Below, in pieces: positions 30,701-40,715 of a stretch of 64,000 nt of DNA. Source of the DNA: a virus (taxonomy: Duplodnaviria > Heunggongvirae > Uroviricota > Caudoviricetes); IMG/VR virus record IMGVR_UViG_3300035212_002004, positions 104,100 through 168,099 of that record. One strand, 5' to 3'. Below the pieces are notes generated by a model, which was given only the letters and a program-made list of their open reading frames with translations, was not told the origin of the DNA and made no database searches. Numbering within the stretch: the first letter of the stretch is position 1; each line of letters starts with the position of its first letter. Both the position numbers and the translations under genes were made by a program.

Positions 30701-33373
30701 ATTATTAGTTTCATATGATGATGAAAGATAATTATTTAAAACTGCTTGGGATGAAGTTATAGAAGCACTTGTAAATGAAGAAGTATATGAAGGATGAACT
30801 GATGATAATGAAGAAGTTTTAGTATTATCTAATTCAGAACCCAAAGGTAATCTGAATATTAGATTATTATAAGAACTTGTTACTCCATTATAAACAATAG
30901 ATTGTGGATTTAAAATATGATCTTTAAAATCAACTGTTGGAATAGATCCTATCCAATATCTAAATTCTTGTATAGAACCTGAAAATGGATAATTAGTTGT
31001 TCCTCCTAAATAAAAAGTATTAAGAGAATTAAATACAGCATTACTTGATGTTAAGGTTCCAGTTATAAAAAGTGAACTAGAAGTTAAATATTGAATGCCA
31101 TTTGAGTCTTTATTCCCAACAGTTATAGTATAATATTGGTTTTGGGTTAAATCTGGGGTTACTAATGAATTTAAGGTACTTAATAAACTTGCAGTAGATT
31201 CAAAAGTTCCACCATCTGCTATTACTCGTGCTTGAAAATCGCTAATAAGTTGATTTATACTAGAAGAAGGAAATAAACTTAAACTACTTGATTGTTTAGT
31301 AATATTTAAATTCCACCAATCCTTATTATAGAAAGGTAAAGTAATTTGAGAAGAAGTTATAAAATTAGTTCCACTTCCTGATACTTTAAAGAATAAAGAA
31401 GCATATGAACTAGTACTTGGAGTTATACCTACACTTAATCTGTTATCTTGGGATTGTAAAAGAGATTGAGTTAATGAAGATGTATTATCAAATTTAAATC
31501 TAAATTCAAAAGTATCAGGATAAACATCGTCAAAACCTGTATCTAAATATTGTTTATAAGATGGTTGAAATGGTATAGCTAAACTAGCAGTATTATTTAG
31601 ATTTAAACTATAATTAAACTTTTCATTAAATTGTTCAATTATATCTTGATCTTTTTTATTACCACCATATTCTTTTACTTTTAAAATAGTTTCAGGAATA
31701 CCAAAACAGTTTATTAAAGCACGTAGACCTCTTCTTGTACCTTTAGTTTTAAGTAAATAAGGTAAGTTGTGGTAAATTCTTTTATAAGTTTCTTTTACTA
31801 TATCATTACTTGGTATAGTATATTGAGAAGCTGTTACATAATTATTAATTACATAAGAACCTGTTGAAGGTAAAGTTGAATTATCTGAGTTTATTCCTAA
31901 TAGGGAAAGATATAAGTCATCTTGATTTCTTGAATTAGTATAGAGCTTCATACCAAAATTTCTTAAGGTATCAGCTACTAAATCTTTTGAAATACCATGA
32001 TCAATACGGTTATCAGCTACTTGTAAATCTGTGATATCTTTAGTATAAGTCCAAATATAATCATAATGTTGACCAAGCATAGCAATAAATAATTCTAAAT
32101 TAGAATTTTGCGTGTCTTCTTTAATATATTCAGGTAAATTATTCCAAATATAATCTCTATTATCATTATCATAATTAAATGCATTAGATGATTGAGTAGT
32201 GAACCAATTTAAAGATGTAGATGAAGTTACATTATAATTAATGTAGGGTTTAGTAGTATTAGATTTAGGCCAACAATTAGAACCAGATTCATAATATAAA
32301 AAATATTCATACCCATCAAATTTTTGTATAAGATTATCTACTTGAGATTGTAAATTAAATATGCTAGATGTAATAAAATTAGTATTAACTGATGAAGTTA
32401 AATTATTAATATTATTAATATCAGTTTGTAAATTTTGTATTTGGGTTAATTTATATTTAAAATTTTCTAATCTTTCATTTGCAGAAGAGAAATGAACAAA
32501 ATTAGTAAAATCATTATAATCAACAGTTATTTCAATACTTTTTTCTTCTAACCAAGATTGTAATTGTTGATATGAAGAAGAAATATCTGAACTTAATAAA
32601 TTAGATAAATTTAAGTAAGGTGTTGTTAAGTTAGTTTTTTCTAATAATCCAATATTAATATTTGGTCCTCTTAATTGAGTACTATCTGCTATTTCTTCTG
32701 CTATAAATTCAGTATTTACTTGAAAAGAAAAAGATTCAGAGATACTTTCTACTATCCAAAAGGTGTCTTTTAGTTTAAAATTAGAAGGTAGGGGTTCATA
32801 TAATTTAATATATAAACTAGGTAGTGAAGTATTAATATTATCTAAAGCAACATTAACACCTATATAAGTTTTATTATCCCCAAAATTTAAAACAAAATCA
32901 GAATAAAAAGCTCTTGAATTTCTTTCAGCTATAAAATTTAAATATGATTGACCTAAATCAGTATATGACGTATTATTAGTAGATATTTTTATTTCAGTAC
33001 GATCTGAAGATATATCTGTGATGTAAAATTGGTTAGCTAATGAACTTGAAAATAACTCTCTATAAAAATTATAATTTATATCATATTGACCTTGGTTTAA
33101 ACCAAATGATTCTAAATCAGATTTAGGATCTAATTCGATTTGATTATATAAAGAACTATCTTGATATGTTTGCCTTGTAGTGTAATTTCTAAAATCATAA
33201 ACAGAATCTATTATATCCCCATTAGGTGATATAACATGTACTTCTACTTTATCTTGAGGTAAACCAAATTCTTTACTTATATTTAATGAATTTAATAAAG
33301 ATTCATCTTTAATAGTATAGTCTTGATTTATAAATTGAGTTGAGTCAATATTTGATATGTTGGTAATTTCCAT
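27761..33373 (-). CDS. giant 1870-aa virion protein (tail fibre / distal baseplate component)
   Basis: Uninterrupted 5.6-kb ORF in the baseplate/fibre cluster. Asn/Ser/Thr-rich. Confidence 0.6.
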   Translation of the reverse strand: MEITNISNIDSTQFINQDYTIKDESLLNSLNISKEFGLPQDKVEVHVISPNGDIIDSVYDFRNYTTRQTYQDSSLYNQIELDPKSDLESFGLNQGQYDINYNFYRELFSSSLANQFYITDISSDRTEIKISTNNTSYTDLGQSYLNFIAERNSRAFYSDFVLNFGDNKTYIGVNVALDNINTSLPSLYIKLYEPLPSNFKLKDTFWIVESISESFSFQVNTEFIAEEIADSTQLRGPNINIGLLEKTNLTTPYLNLSNLLSSDISSSYQQLQSWLEEKSIEITVDYNDFTNFVHFSSANERLENFKYKLTQIQNLQTDINNINNLTSSVNTNFITSSIFNLQSQVDNLIQKFDGYEYFLYYESGSNCWPKSNTTKPYINYNVTSSTSLNWFTTQSSNAFNYDNDNRDYIWNNLPEYIKEDTQNSNLELFIAMLGQHYDYIWTYTKDITDLQVADNRIDHGISKDLVADTLRNFGMKLYTNSRNQDDLYLSLLGINSDNSTLPSTGSYVINNYVTASQYTIPSNDIVKETYKRIYHNLPYLLKTKGTRRGLRALINCFGIPETILKVKEYGGNKKDQDIIEQFNEKFNYSLNLNNTASLAIPFQPSYKQYLDTGFDDVYPDTFEFRFKFDNTSSLTQSLLQSQDNRLSVGITPSTSSYASLFFKVSGSGTNFITSSQITLPFYNKDWWNLNITKQSSSLSLFPSSSINQLISDFQARVIADGGTFESTASLLSTLNSLVTPDLTQNQYYTITVGNKDSNGIQYLTSSSLFITGTLTSSNAVFNSLNTFYLGGTTNYPFSGSIQEFRYWIGSIPTVDFKDHILNPQSIVYNGVTSSYNNLIFRLPLGSELDNTKTSSLSSVHPSYTSSFTSASITSSQAVLNNYLSSSYETNNETFLVNTPNIGTITEIDEKVRIATPNLVPGDVLTPYISIQKPEIFPYTPDLNIVEVAISPQDSINEDIIAQLGTFNIDDYIGDPRLVTSSSYPALDDLRNFYFKKYSDSQNIFDIIKLLSYFDNSLFKMIKDFVPAKANLSTGLVIKSHMLERNKIPRHEPTLTFVNYSGSIDTAFISGSNGLNLDINTDNTTTTQYISGSISKLNTDRRELITGELGGTIITAYTPTTENIVYELNHMLVSGSQGINKNFSRLPLNPTLNNVYLARTSPKHIDIDYAYNPITPVNFNFLTASLFSNLSSSNYPFLNATVQDSNYTLARHITPRYNGSKLTGAAYNTYTVGDKSYGKDPVININPVQFAYFNEITSQSLTLNGRSNINIKYLINSASNVIELTEANKNLFDVQDIFNRTNANIALENINQPSKQKALNGLKPIYAGGFRYEPILQNFSTNTSGHKTIDFLYTDDISIPNPNTGSMVNLPISGGIILGSPTLTNTIGFNTSINTLNDYIQINLDSGITFPVTRNTPYTGKITQRVTGSITVTVKISPPTNLIVNFYTNTNTLLGSQNIPFGVTDTRDFQPQPIAWDNIKKAKSPIGTTGYFYNRYPYELTSTLVGNETIQNVPNAYSPYNGIDYVRYVVNNTTASFSPTYIQNSFQSSGNLVSFDTGSGTYPILEVNGLTIEAIYPFEGLIVLEPGSQGQVTPVQLKTLDNIVGNLKTIFNFNKTPSSPQIQLTTTPIYEIDPLTIGNPYYNNQAPALIYLTGSSDNGYNSGSGTNLNWYFERGNKVESGSVSTLMTASYNLSKLYFDHYVPGGNYYGNNLIQVLTSSIVAEGYQPITEYFNPKKGDLIRFYNHDSLKFPFSTTFEREIINIIPPQGQIIGSGSNGTGSYENRLVFEVLEDKSSIDGSIPNQACNTSGSNAHIMNFIILSKIPDETNVVIIANKREGQTSAGILFTEDISKTLKDEAGNIIKNLKSQNLI

Positions 33374-33714
33374 TATTTGGATACTGTTAATTCATCTATA
33401 GTTTGTTGTTGGGTCAAATTTTCAAGTCGTAATTGATTTATTTCATCTAATAAAGCATCTATTTCTCCTGAATTTTGGTTAACTCCAACATATTCTGTAC
33501 TTCGTTTTATTAATTCTAAATGTGAATGAAAATTTCCTTCTATAGGTATATCATAAAATAAATCATTATATCCTTGAAAAAATTGATCTATAGTCATAAG
33601 GGATGAAGTAACTTCAGTTTGGGTTTTTAATAATTGAGTAAACTCAGTATTAATTACATTAGGGTATGTAATTTTACCATAAACTGTTTTATTTAATTGA
33701 ATTGTTTCTGCCAT
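33373..33714 (-). CDS. hypothetical protein (possible fibre assembly/chaperone by position)
   Basis: 113-aa ORF, start/stop overlaps with both neighbours. Confidence 0.45.
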   Translation of the reverse strand: MAETIQLNKTVYGKITYPNVINTEFTQLLKTQTEVTSSLMTIDQFFQGYNDLFYDIPIEGNFHSHLELIKRSTEYVGVNQNSGEIDALLDEINQLRLENLTQQQTIDELTVSK

Positions 33715-34745
33715 TATCTAACTATTTTAAAATAATTTGATTTATCATCTATGATTATTATTTCACCATTTGGTAATATAGTTTTGTATAGAATTTGATA
33801 GTATCTTTCAGGTTCTAAACCATTCATATAAATTTTAAAATAATTACTAATATTATCACAACTTATTTTTGTATATATAGTATCAAAATCTACTACTATT
33901 TCTTCTGTTTTAACATCTTTTAATGCCCAATATGAAGATGAAGGTAAAGCTTTTACATTTAAATATACAGAAGAGGTAGTGAATTGCCTAGCAGGGAATC
34001 TATCTCTTACTTTTATTCTAAAATTATAAGTTGTATTTTCTTCAAACTCAGATTTGTTATTAGAAATCACAGGGGTAAAATCAGATGTTGTTATTTGAGT
34101 TAATGAAGATGAATATATACTATCATCCCATTTAAATTCTAGTTGGGGAGGGTATATAGTATGAGTGTCCATTGAGAAAAATGAAGTTATTAATGGAGTA
34201 GTACTATTCTCTATACTAGAAGAAAGTTTTAATAAAATACCATAATTAGGAATTGAACTTGAATACCATAAATTAGTAATAGAAGTTAAATTCATATTAA
34301 TATCTTTATTATCAGTATAAATAAATGATTGAGAAGTAAATGAACTTGAAGTAAATGAACTACCAGAGGAAGCCCAATTTATACTACCATTACTAATCCA
34401 TGTACAACCATCAGTTGTTATAGGAGTATCAGCAGATTTACCTAATCCCATATCCCAACTTTGAGAAATAGGATAACCTAAAATACTATAATCTATAGGT
34501 AAAGTAGCATTAGCTAAAAATAATTTAAGATAAGAGGTAAAATTACTCCCACTTATTTTATTATTAATTACATCAATTATTTGAGAAGTAGGAAATTGTA
34601 TTAAAGTTCTTGTTATATCAGGATTTAAAGAAGTAACTTCAATTTTATTTGAAATTTCTAAAATTTCATCTCTACCGAAGTTTTGAGTACTACGATATGA
34701 AGAAATAAAAGTATCTTTTTCAGGAAATATTTTATAAACAGCCAT
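33714..34745 (-). CDS. baseplate-associated protein (gpI/gp7-like position)
   Basis: 343-aa ORF directly after the Baseplate-J-like gene. Confidence 0.4.
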   Translation of the reverse strand: MAVYKIFPEKDTFISSYRSTQNFGRDEILEISNKIEVTSLNPDITRTLIQFPTSQIIDVINNKISGSNFTSYLKLFLANATLPIDYSILGYPISQSWDMGLGKSADTPITTDGCTWISNGSINWASSGSSFTSSSFTSQSFIYTDNKDINMNLTSITNLWYSSSIPNYGILLKLSSSIENSTTPLITSFFSMDTHTIYPPQLEFKWDDSIYSSSLTQITTSDFTPVISNNKSEFEENTTYNFRIKVRDRFPARQFTTSSVYLNVKALPSSSYWALKDVKTEEIVVDFDTIYTKISCDNISNYFKIYMNGLEPERYYQILYKTILPNGEIIIIDDKSNYFKIVR

Positions 34746-34786
34746 AAATTTAATATATAATATAAATATACATTAAAAATATTTTT

Positions 34787-36664
34787 TTATAAAGTAACTA
34801 CTCTACCTTGAAGGTCAGATGTAAGGTTTTTAACTTCAAAAATACTTGGATCTAAAGAAGGATAAATAATATTATTAATAGTTGCCCCTTTAATATCATA
34901 AGAAAATTGTGAATACCCAGAAGTTGTTCCAGCCTTATTAATTATATTTACTTTTTGTACTGTTTGTACTCCTTCTACTTGATCCAGGGTACTATAAATA
35001 TCTGATAATATGATAGGTTGGTTAATTTGCCATTTATCTATATTAAAATATGATTGTAAGGTTGTTAAACAATTATTTAAAACTAATTTATTATTATAAT
35101 TAGGTCTAACAATTATATCAAAATCTACTCCTATATTAATAATAAAAGCGTCTTTTATATTAACTCCATCAGTTAACATTCTATACTCAGAAAGAAAGGT
35201 TTTTAAATTTTGTTTTAAAGCGGGGTTAGATACAGTTAGATTATTATTTACATTTCTAGATAGTATATAAAGTGAAATAGCATTAGGATTTTGAGTAGCT
35301 AATAAATCTGTTGAATAATTAACACTTATACCCATATCTTGAGTTACATAAGCTTTAGAAATTAAACCAAATTTAGAAGGTAATGATAAAGTTCTAATTA
35401 CATAATCATCAGGAGTTACTGTTCTTAATTGAGTAGGATACATTGCTAATGAGTTTTGTCTTATCTCTTCATTAGTATCTCCATCTCCTCCTCCTACAGC
35501 TGCTTCATCATTATTGAAAGCAAGAGAATTAAGTACAGTTGTCTGCATAGTGGGATTTAAACCACTACCAGCAAAAGTATTAGTTCCTCCAATACGGTTG
35601 GTTAAAGTATTTGAAGGAATATTTGAAGTAGCTCCTCCTCCTTTTAAATAAGTCACTGTTAAAGTAGTATTTGAAGGGGCTAAACCATAAGTTTGAGTAT
35701 ATAAAAAGTTTGAAGGGTCCCAAGCAGTGGTCATTTTATCCACTCCATAAGGTAAACCTAAACCTATATTATCAGGGTTAGGGACTATTTCTTCATCTGC
35801 TCCTGATGAAATACCAGACCCAAATTGTAATTCTAATGAGTTATTAGATTTAAAACGAGAAATAAATCTTCTAGGTACTTTTTTTAATTTAAGTAAATAT
35901 GGGGTGGTATCACTATATTGAGCTAAAGTTTGATTATTAGAAGCAATGTTAGCAATAGGTTCAAAAATAGTATCTTGAGCTAAGTAAGGAACTTCATGCC
36001 ATTTATTATTATCACTATCAACTACATTAATTATATCTATTATATTATTATCAGTAAGAGTTACAGTAGGAAAACGTTCAGGATTATTAAATGTAAATGT
36101 TGTTGTAGTAAGAGTTCCAGCTGTAGCTTTCACTGTTTTTTGTAATAAATAAAATAAAGGAATACCAGTATTAGAATCATAATTAAGAACAGAAATATCT
36201 ATAGGAGATGAACCTGAATTAGAAAAATCTATTTTTTCATTAATATAAAAAGAAGTATTATTAATAGAGGATTGAAGTTGAGTTCCTTCTTCTAAAATTA
36301 AAGCATACCCAAAATCAGGTATATATTCATTATTTACTATAGTAGCAGGTACAGCTTGATATACATTTACATTAACAGAAGAGGCACTTGTAACTTTAGG
36401 ACGATACCCAAAATTGTAAGCTATAGCTAATAAATTTTTTCTTTGTTTAGCAAATTGTAAAAAGTTTTCTTGAATTTGATTATCAATATAAAATGATAAA
36501 ACATCTCCTACATAAGAAGCCATTTCTATAAGCATCATACCAGGTGAGGCATCTGTAAAATCATTATAAGTATTAGGATAATAAATTTTAGCAAAGTTAA
36601 CTAACTGAGCTTTTAAACTATCAAAATCTCGATTTAAATATTGTACTGTCTTTGTATTAGCCAT
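34787..36664 (-). CDS. baseplate wedge protein, Baseplate_J/gp6-like
   Basis: 625-aa ORF overlapping the gp25-like gene by 8 nt (conserved gp25-gp6 gene pair). Size is appropriate. Confidence 0.5.
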   Translation of the reverse strand: MANTKTVQYLNRDFDSLKAQLVNFAKIYYPNTYNDFTDASPGMMLIEMASYVGDVLSFYIDNQIQENFLQFAKQRKNLLAIAYNFGYRPKVTSASSVNVNVYQAVPATIVNNEYIPDFGYALILEEGTQLQSSINNTSFYINEKIDFSNSGSSPIDISVLNYDSNTGIPLFYLLQKTVKATAGTLTTTTFTFNNPERFPTVTLTDNNIIDIINVVDSDNNKWHEVPYLAQDTIFEPIANIASNNQTLAQYSDTTPYLLKLKKVPRRFISRFKSNNSLELQFGSGISSGADEEIVPNPDNIGLGLPYGVDKMTTAWDPSNFLYTQTYGLAPSNTTLTVTYLKGGGATSNIPSNTLTNRIGGTNTFAGSGLNPTMQTTVLNSLAFNNDEAAVGGGDGDTNEEIRQNSLAMYPTQLRTVTPDDYVIRTLSLPSKFGLISKAYVTQDMGISVNYSTDLLATQNPNAISLYILSRNVNNNLTVSNPALKQNLKTFLSEYRMLTDGVNIKDAFIINIGVDFDIIVRPNYNNKLVLNNCLTTLQSYFNIDKWQINQPIILSDIYSTLDQVEGVQTVQKVNIINKAGTTSGYSQFSYDIKGATINNIIYPSLDPSIFEVKNLTSDLQGRVVTL

Positions 36665-37070
36665 TATTGAAATTTATTAAAATTTCGTCTTGTATGTTAG
36701 TATTGTTTATAGAATAACTAAAATAAACTTGAATTAAATTTTGATCAGGCGACGTTTTAACTGATAAATTATTTATATTTATTTGAGGAAAATAATCATT
36801 TATCCCAAATTTTATTATATCTTCTATATTTTGGATTGTACCTTGAGTAATTTGTTCAAATATTTGTTCTCTAATACCTGAACCAAATAGAGGATTCATT
36901 ATTCTTTCTTTTCTACCTGTAAGAAAGAAATTAAATATGTTGGATTTTATAGCATCTTTTGTTGTATAAGTAATATTTAACCCAGTTGGGCCATTAAATG
37001 GTAATTGAATTCCTACTCCTTTACTAGGAGATAAATCTAAAGGATTAATATTTACTATATTATAAGCCAT
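36657..37070 (-). CDS. baseplate wedge protein gp25-like (GPW/gp25 lysozyme-like family)
   Basis: 137-aa ORF with IMNPLFGSGIREQIFE motif characteristic of gp25/GPW proteins. Confidence 0.6.
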   Translation of the reverse strand: MAYNIVNINPLDLSPSKGVGIQLPFNGPTGLNITYTTKDAIKSNIFNFFLTGRKERIMNPLFGSGIREQIFEQITQGTIQNIEDIIKFGINDYFPQININNLSVKTSPDQNLIQVYFSYSINNTNIQDEILINFNNG

Positions 37071-37555
37071 TATAAACTACCTTTTTCTTTTAAAGCTCCC
37101 ATAAATTTTGAAAAATCAGGTACAACATCAATTCGTACATCATTTATATCACGTATTGGCCCTTGCGATTTAATCATTTCATCTACAGATGATACTACAG
37201 GAGTATTTGAACCACCCATCATGCCAGGCATTCCACCAGCCCAACTTACAGCATCCGAAGCATTATATCCATCTCCATTTAAAGATCTCCATTCTCCTGC
37301 TTGAGCAGTTTCATTTAAAATATCTAAAAGGGGATTTCCTGTTGAAGGTAAAGGTTTTGATGCTTGATATTGTTGTTTAGCAATTATTTCTGAAAATCTT
37401 GGTTTTAGTTGAGATTTGGTTTCAACGTAAGGTTGAGTTGAGAGTTTAGGAGTACTAGCAGATTTAACTGCTTCAAGTAGAACTTCTCTCATTTCTTCTT
37501 GAATAGCTTTTTTTACTTCTTCTCTAATTACTTTTCTAAAAGCGTCTAAATTCAT
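37070..37555 (-). CDS. hypothetical baseplate-cluster protein
   Basis: 161-aa ORF. Confidence 0.45.
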   Translation of the reverse strand: MNLDAFRKVIREEVKKAIQEEMREVLLEAVKSASTPKLSTQPYVETKSQLKPRFSEIIAKQQYQASKPLPSTGNPLLDILNETAQAGEWRSLNGDGYNASDAVSWAGGMPGMMGGSNTPVVSSVDEMIKSQGPIRDINDVRIDVVPDFSKFMGALKEKGSL

Positions 37556-37585
37556 GTTTATAAATATTTAATATTAAAACTTATT

Positions 37586-39034
37586 TTAATCAGGTGTTAC
37601 AGTACCTACAAGAGTATTATTAGAATTTAATCCTGATATATTTACTATACTTATTATTTCTTGATCTGTAGGGGAATCATTTCCTGTATCACTAGTACTA
37701 GTTTGATTTTGCTTATCAATATAATATTGTCCTTCTTTTAATAAAATCTGATCGTTAGGAGCGTATGTAGGAGTACCTTCATACTCTATAATTCCTCTTT
37801 GATCTGCTACTACTACTCTTCTTCTTAGTAAAGTAATACCTCCATCTACTACTTCTTCTTTTAAAATATCAATAGTATAACCATTATATAAAGAAGGTAA
37901 GGTAGTATTACCTTTTGCTGTAGGGAATAATTCATCTAAAATAATTAAATTATTATTTAAAGAGTCAATACTACTTTGTATAGTATTTAAAAGAACAATA
38001 TCATCACTAGTATATTGACAAGCACGAAGATTTTTATATAAAATATTAAGGCCTGTTAATAATCTTAATATTTCTTTTCTTATTCTTTTTATATTTAATA
38101 GGATAGTACCACTTAAAAATTTAGTTACTTGACCTATTATTTTTTCTAAATCATTAATAATTTGATTACTTTTAGAAATTCTATCAGATTGAGTATTCAT
38201 TGCCCCTATAGGTATAGATATAACAGGAGATGGGCCCCCTATAGCAGTAGGAGTAGGATTAAATTTTAATATTTTAATTACAAATTTATAAACTTTAATT
38301 AATATATTAATAACTCTTAAAATAGTATTAATAAGTTTAACTGTGGCTTGTATTTGAACTATTGCTTTATCTATAGCTTTAACTTGATTAACTAAAAAAC
38401 TAACACTCTCTCTAAATCGTTCAGGTTTAATTATACCTGCTAATTTTTTATTAATTTCAGCTTCTTGCCCTCCTAAAGCTAAAGTAGCTATATTAATTGG
38501 AGATAAAAATGGAGTTAATTTTCTAGCAAAAGATTTTAAAATAGAAATTTTATTTATAATATCTGTAGTAGGATCTATAGTATCACTAGTTGCAACTAAA
38601 GCTAAATTTATAGATTGAATAGTTTTTGCTAAGCCCTCTCCACCAGGAATAATTGTTATTAAGTCATCTGGAGGGATGATGTCTTCTAATGATAGTCTTA
38701 TTTCTTCAATAGATGCTTGATATGATTGGATTCGAGTTTTATATTGTTCATCTGTTTCATTATCTAATCTTAGAGGATTTAATTTATTTTCTAAACTATT
38801 TACAAAATCTAAAGCATCTTTACCATATTTTAAAAGTTTACCTTCCAAAAATCCTCCAGGAGGTAAAGCTTTAGTTAAAATATATCCTAAAGGGTTACAA
38901 AAATCAATAGAATTAATCTCATTTAAAACAGTATTAATTTTAAATAAAATTTTTATAATTTGTTGTGATACCTTATTAATTCTTTTAGGTGCTACATCAT
39001 TTAATATCCTAGATAATCCTGCTGGTATTGTCAT
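37586..39034 (-). CDS. hypothetical baseplate/tail protein
   Basis: 482-aa ORF in tail module. Confidence 0.45.
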   Translation of the reverse strand: MTIPAGLSRILNDVAPKRINKVSQQIIKILFKINTVLNEINSIDFCNPLGYILTKALPPGGFLEGKLLKYGKDALDFVNSLENKLNPLRLDNETDEQYKTRIQSYQASIEEIRLSLEDIIPPDDLITIIPGGEGLAKTIQSINLALVATSDTIDPTTDIINKISILKSFARKLTPFLSPINIATLALGGQEAEINKKLAGIIKPERFRESVSFLVNQVKAIDKAIVQIQATVKLINTILRVINILIKVYKFVIKILKFNPTPTAIGGPSPVISIPIGAMNTQSDRISKSNQIINDLEKIIGQVTKFLSGTILLNIKRIRKEILRLLTGLNILYKNLRACQYTSDDIVLLNTIQSSIDSLNNNLIILDELFPTAKGNTTLPSLYNGYTIDILKEEVVDGGITLLRRRVVVADQRGIIEYEGTPTYAPNDQILLKEGQYYIDKQNQTSTSDTGNDSPTDQEIISIVNISGLNSNNTLVGTVTPD

Positions 39035-39465
39035 TATATTAAAAAGGTTTTATCAGATTTAATTTTATCCAATATAGTTAATAAAGAGGTAGCATCAAAA
39101 GCTATATTTTCCCCAGGAATTGTTACTGAAGGAATTGGTATTCCATTACTATCAGTAGCATAAGCTAAACCTGCCCCTAAATCTTGTAATGAAGCTAATA
39201 ATTGCTCTAATAAAGATACTAAATCATTTCCTTTTACTGCAGGTTGTAATTTTTGTATATCAGTTTCTAATCCTAAATGAATTAAAGGAGCATTAATTGT
39301 TAAAATATCATCACAATCAAAATTAATTACCCCTGCAGAAGAAAAACCAATAGCTTTTTTAGCAAATAGAAATATAGAATCATCTTTAGAGTTAAGAGTA
39401 ACTCTACCTGAATTAATTATTATATGATCTCCTAAATAAGGGAATTCTGGTTTATATAATGCCAT
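39034..39465 (-). CDS. possible baseplate spike/gpV-like protein
   Basis: 143 aa. GDHIIINSGRVTLNS beta-rich. Confidence 0.35.
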   Translation of the reverse strand: MALYKPEFPYLGDHIIINSGRVTLNSKDDSIFLFAKKAIGFSSAGVINFDCDDILTINAPLIHLGLETDIQKLQPAVKGNDLVSLLEQLLASLQDLGAGLAYATDSNGIPIPSVTIPGENIAFDATSLLTILDKIKSDKTFLI

Positions 39466-40319
39466 TATATTTTAAGGTTATCTGCTTGTTTTGGTGATTG
39501 ATTAAGTGTAGGAAATTTAGGGTCTGGAATTTGAAGTGAACTATTAAAAGCTGATCCTACTGTTACCCCAAATGATTGTAAATTTTTAGAAGCTAATTCT
39601 AGAGGTATATCTTGCCCAGCACATAAATAAATAGATGAACCATCATTATTAGGATCTTCATAAACTGGAACCCATGGATCAGAATTTATATCTATATTAG
39701 ATTGATTATTTCTTATAATAGTAATAGGCATTCCAATATCTCCTTGTGAACTCCAAGGATTATTAGGTTGTTTTTGTTTAGTAGTAGAAGAAAATCTAAT
39801 TGAATTACCCCATCTTCCCTCTAATAATACATCTCCTTCTTCAGGTAATAAACTGCGTATATCTTCTTTTTCAGTAAACGTATGGCCAAAATTTAGTTCA
39901 CCGCCTTTATACGCTGCTATATCAGGAAAAGCGTTATGATGAACACTATTCCAAATACCTACTGTAGTAAGATAATAAAAAGTTTTAGCTTGTGGATCTT
40001 CATTTAACCCATAAGAAGGAGCACTTAATATAAGTACTAATTCATTTAAAACTGGATATTTAGAAATATTATTAAATAAAGGCTTAGCTATTAATTTAGT
40101 AGGTTTACCTGTATCAGGTGTAGTACCTGTAGGAGTAAATTTAATCGAACCTAGTCCAGCCCAACCACCTCCATCTTTAAAAAAATCTTTAGTATTGGTA
40201 TTAGTAGATAATAAAATATCATTAACTCGAGCAAAGAAAAATAAGCTTTGACCCTTATTTCCTTTACCATTAGATATATTAGATATACTCTGTTGTAAAC
40301 TAGGATATAAATTACTCAT
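39465..40319 (-). CDS. possible baseplate hub protein
   Basis: 284-aa ORF. EGDVLLEGRWGNSIRF. Confidence 0.35.
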   Translation of the reverse strand: MSNLYPSLQQSISNISNGKGNKGQSLFFFARVNDILLSTNTNTKDFFKDGGGWAGLGSIKFTPTGTTPDTGKPTKLIAKPLFNNISKYPVLNELVLILSAPSYGLNEDPQAKTFYYLTTVGIWNSVHHNAFPDIAAYKGGELNFGHTFTEKEDIRSLLPEEGDVLLEGRWGNSIRFSSTTKQKQPNNPWSSQGDIGMPITIIRNNQSNIDINSDPWVPVYEDPNNDGSSIYLCAGQDIPLELASKNLQSFGVTVGSAFNSSLQIPDPKFPTLNQSPKQADNLKI

Positions 40320-40677
40320 TCTGTTTCTTTACAGGCAATTCAATTACTTGTTCATTTAATTGTTGTATAGACATAAATAATTGTTCTTTATCCCCATCAG
40401 ATAAAAATCCTTCATCCTCTCCATTTTTAGTATTCATAGATCTTTGAACTATACCTGCCATTTTGATTAATAGATCATCATTTTTAACTGATACGTCTAA
40501 ATAATCTTTAATAAGTGGGACAATAATAACCGCATCACCTGCGGAGGTGATAAACGGTTTTAATTGTTCAATCATTTCTTTTATTTGTTTTTCTTTATTA
40601 GAAGAATTTGTATGTATTTCTTTTAATAAATCGGCAAATGTTTTTTTACCGAATAATGTTATTGAATTAAAATCCAT
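40312..40677 (-). CDS. hypothetical protein
   Basis: 121-aa ORF. Confidence 0.45.
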   Translation of the reverse strand: MDFNSITLFGKKTFADLLKEIHTNSSNKEKQIKEMIEQLKPFITSAGDAVIIVPLIKDYLDVSVKNDDLLIKMAGIVQRSMNTKNGEDEGFLSDGDKEQLFMSIQQLNEQVIELPVKKQNE

Positions 40678-40715
40678 AATGTATTTTATTATAAATATAG
40701 GATTTATAAATCTCT

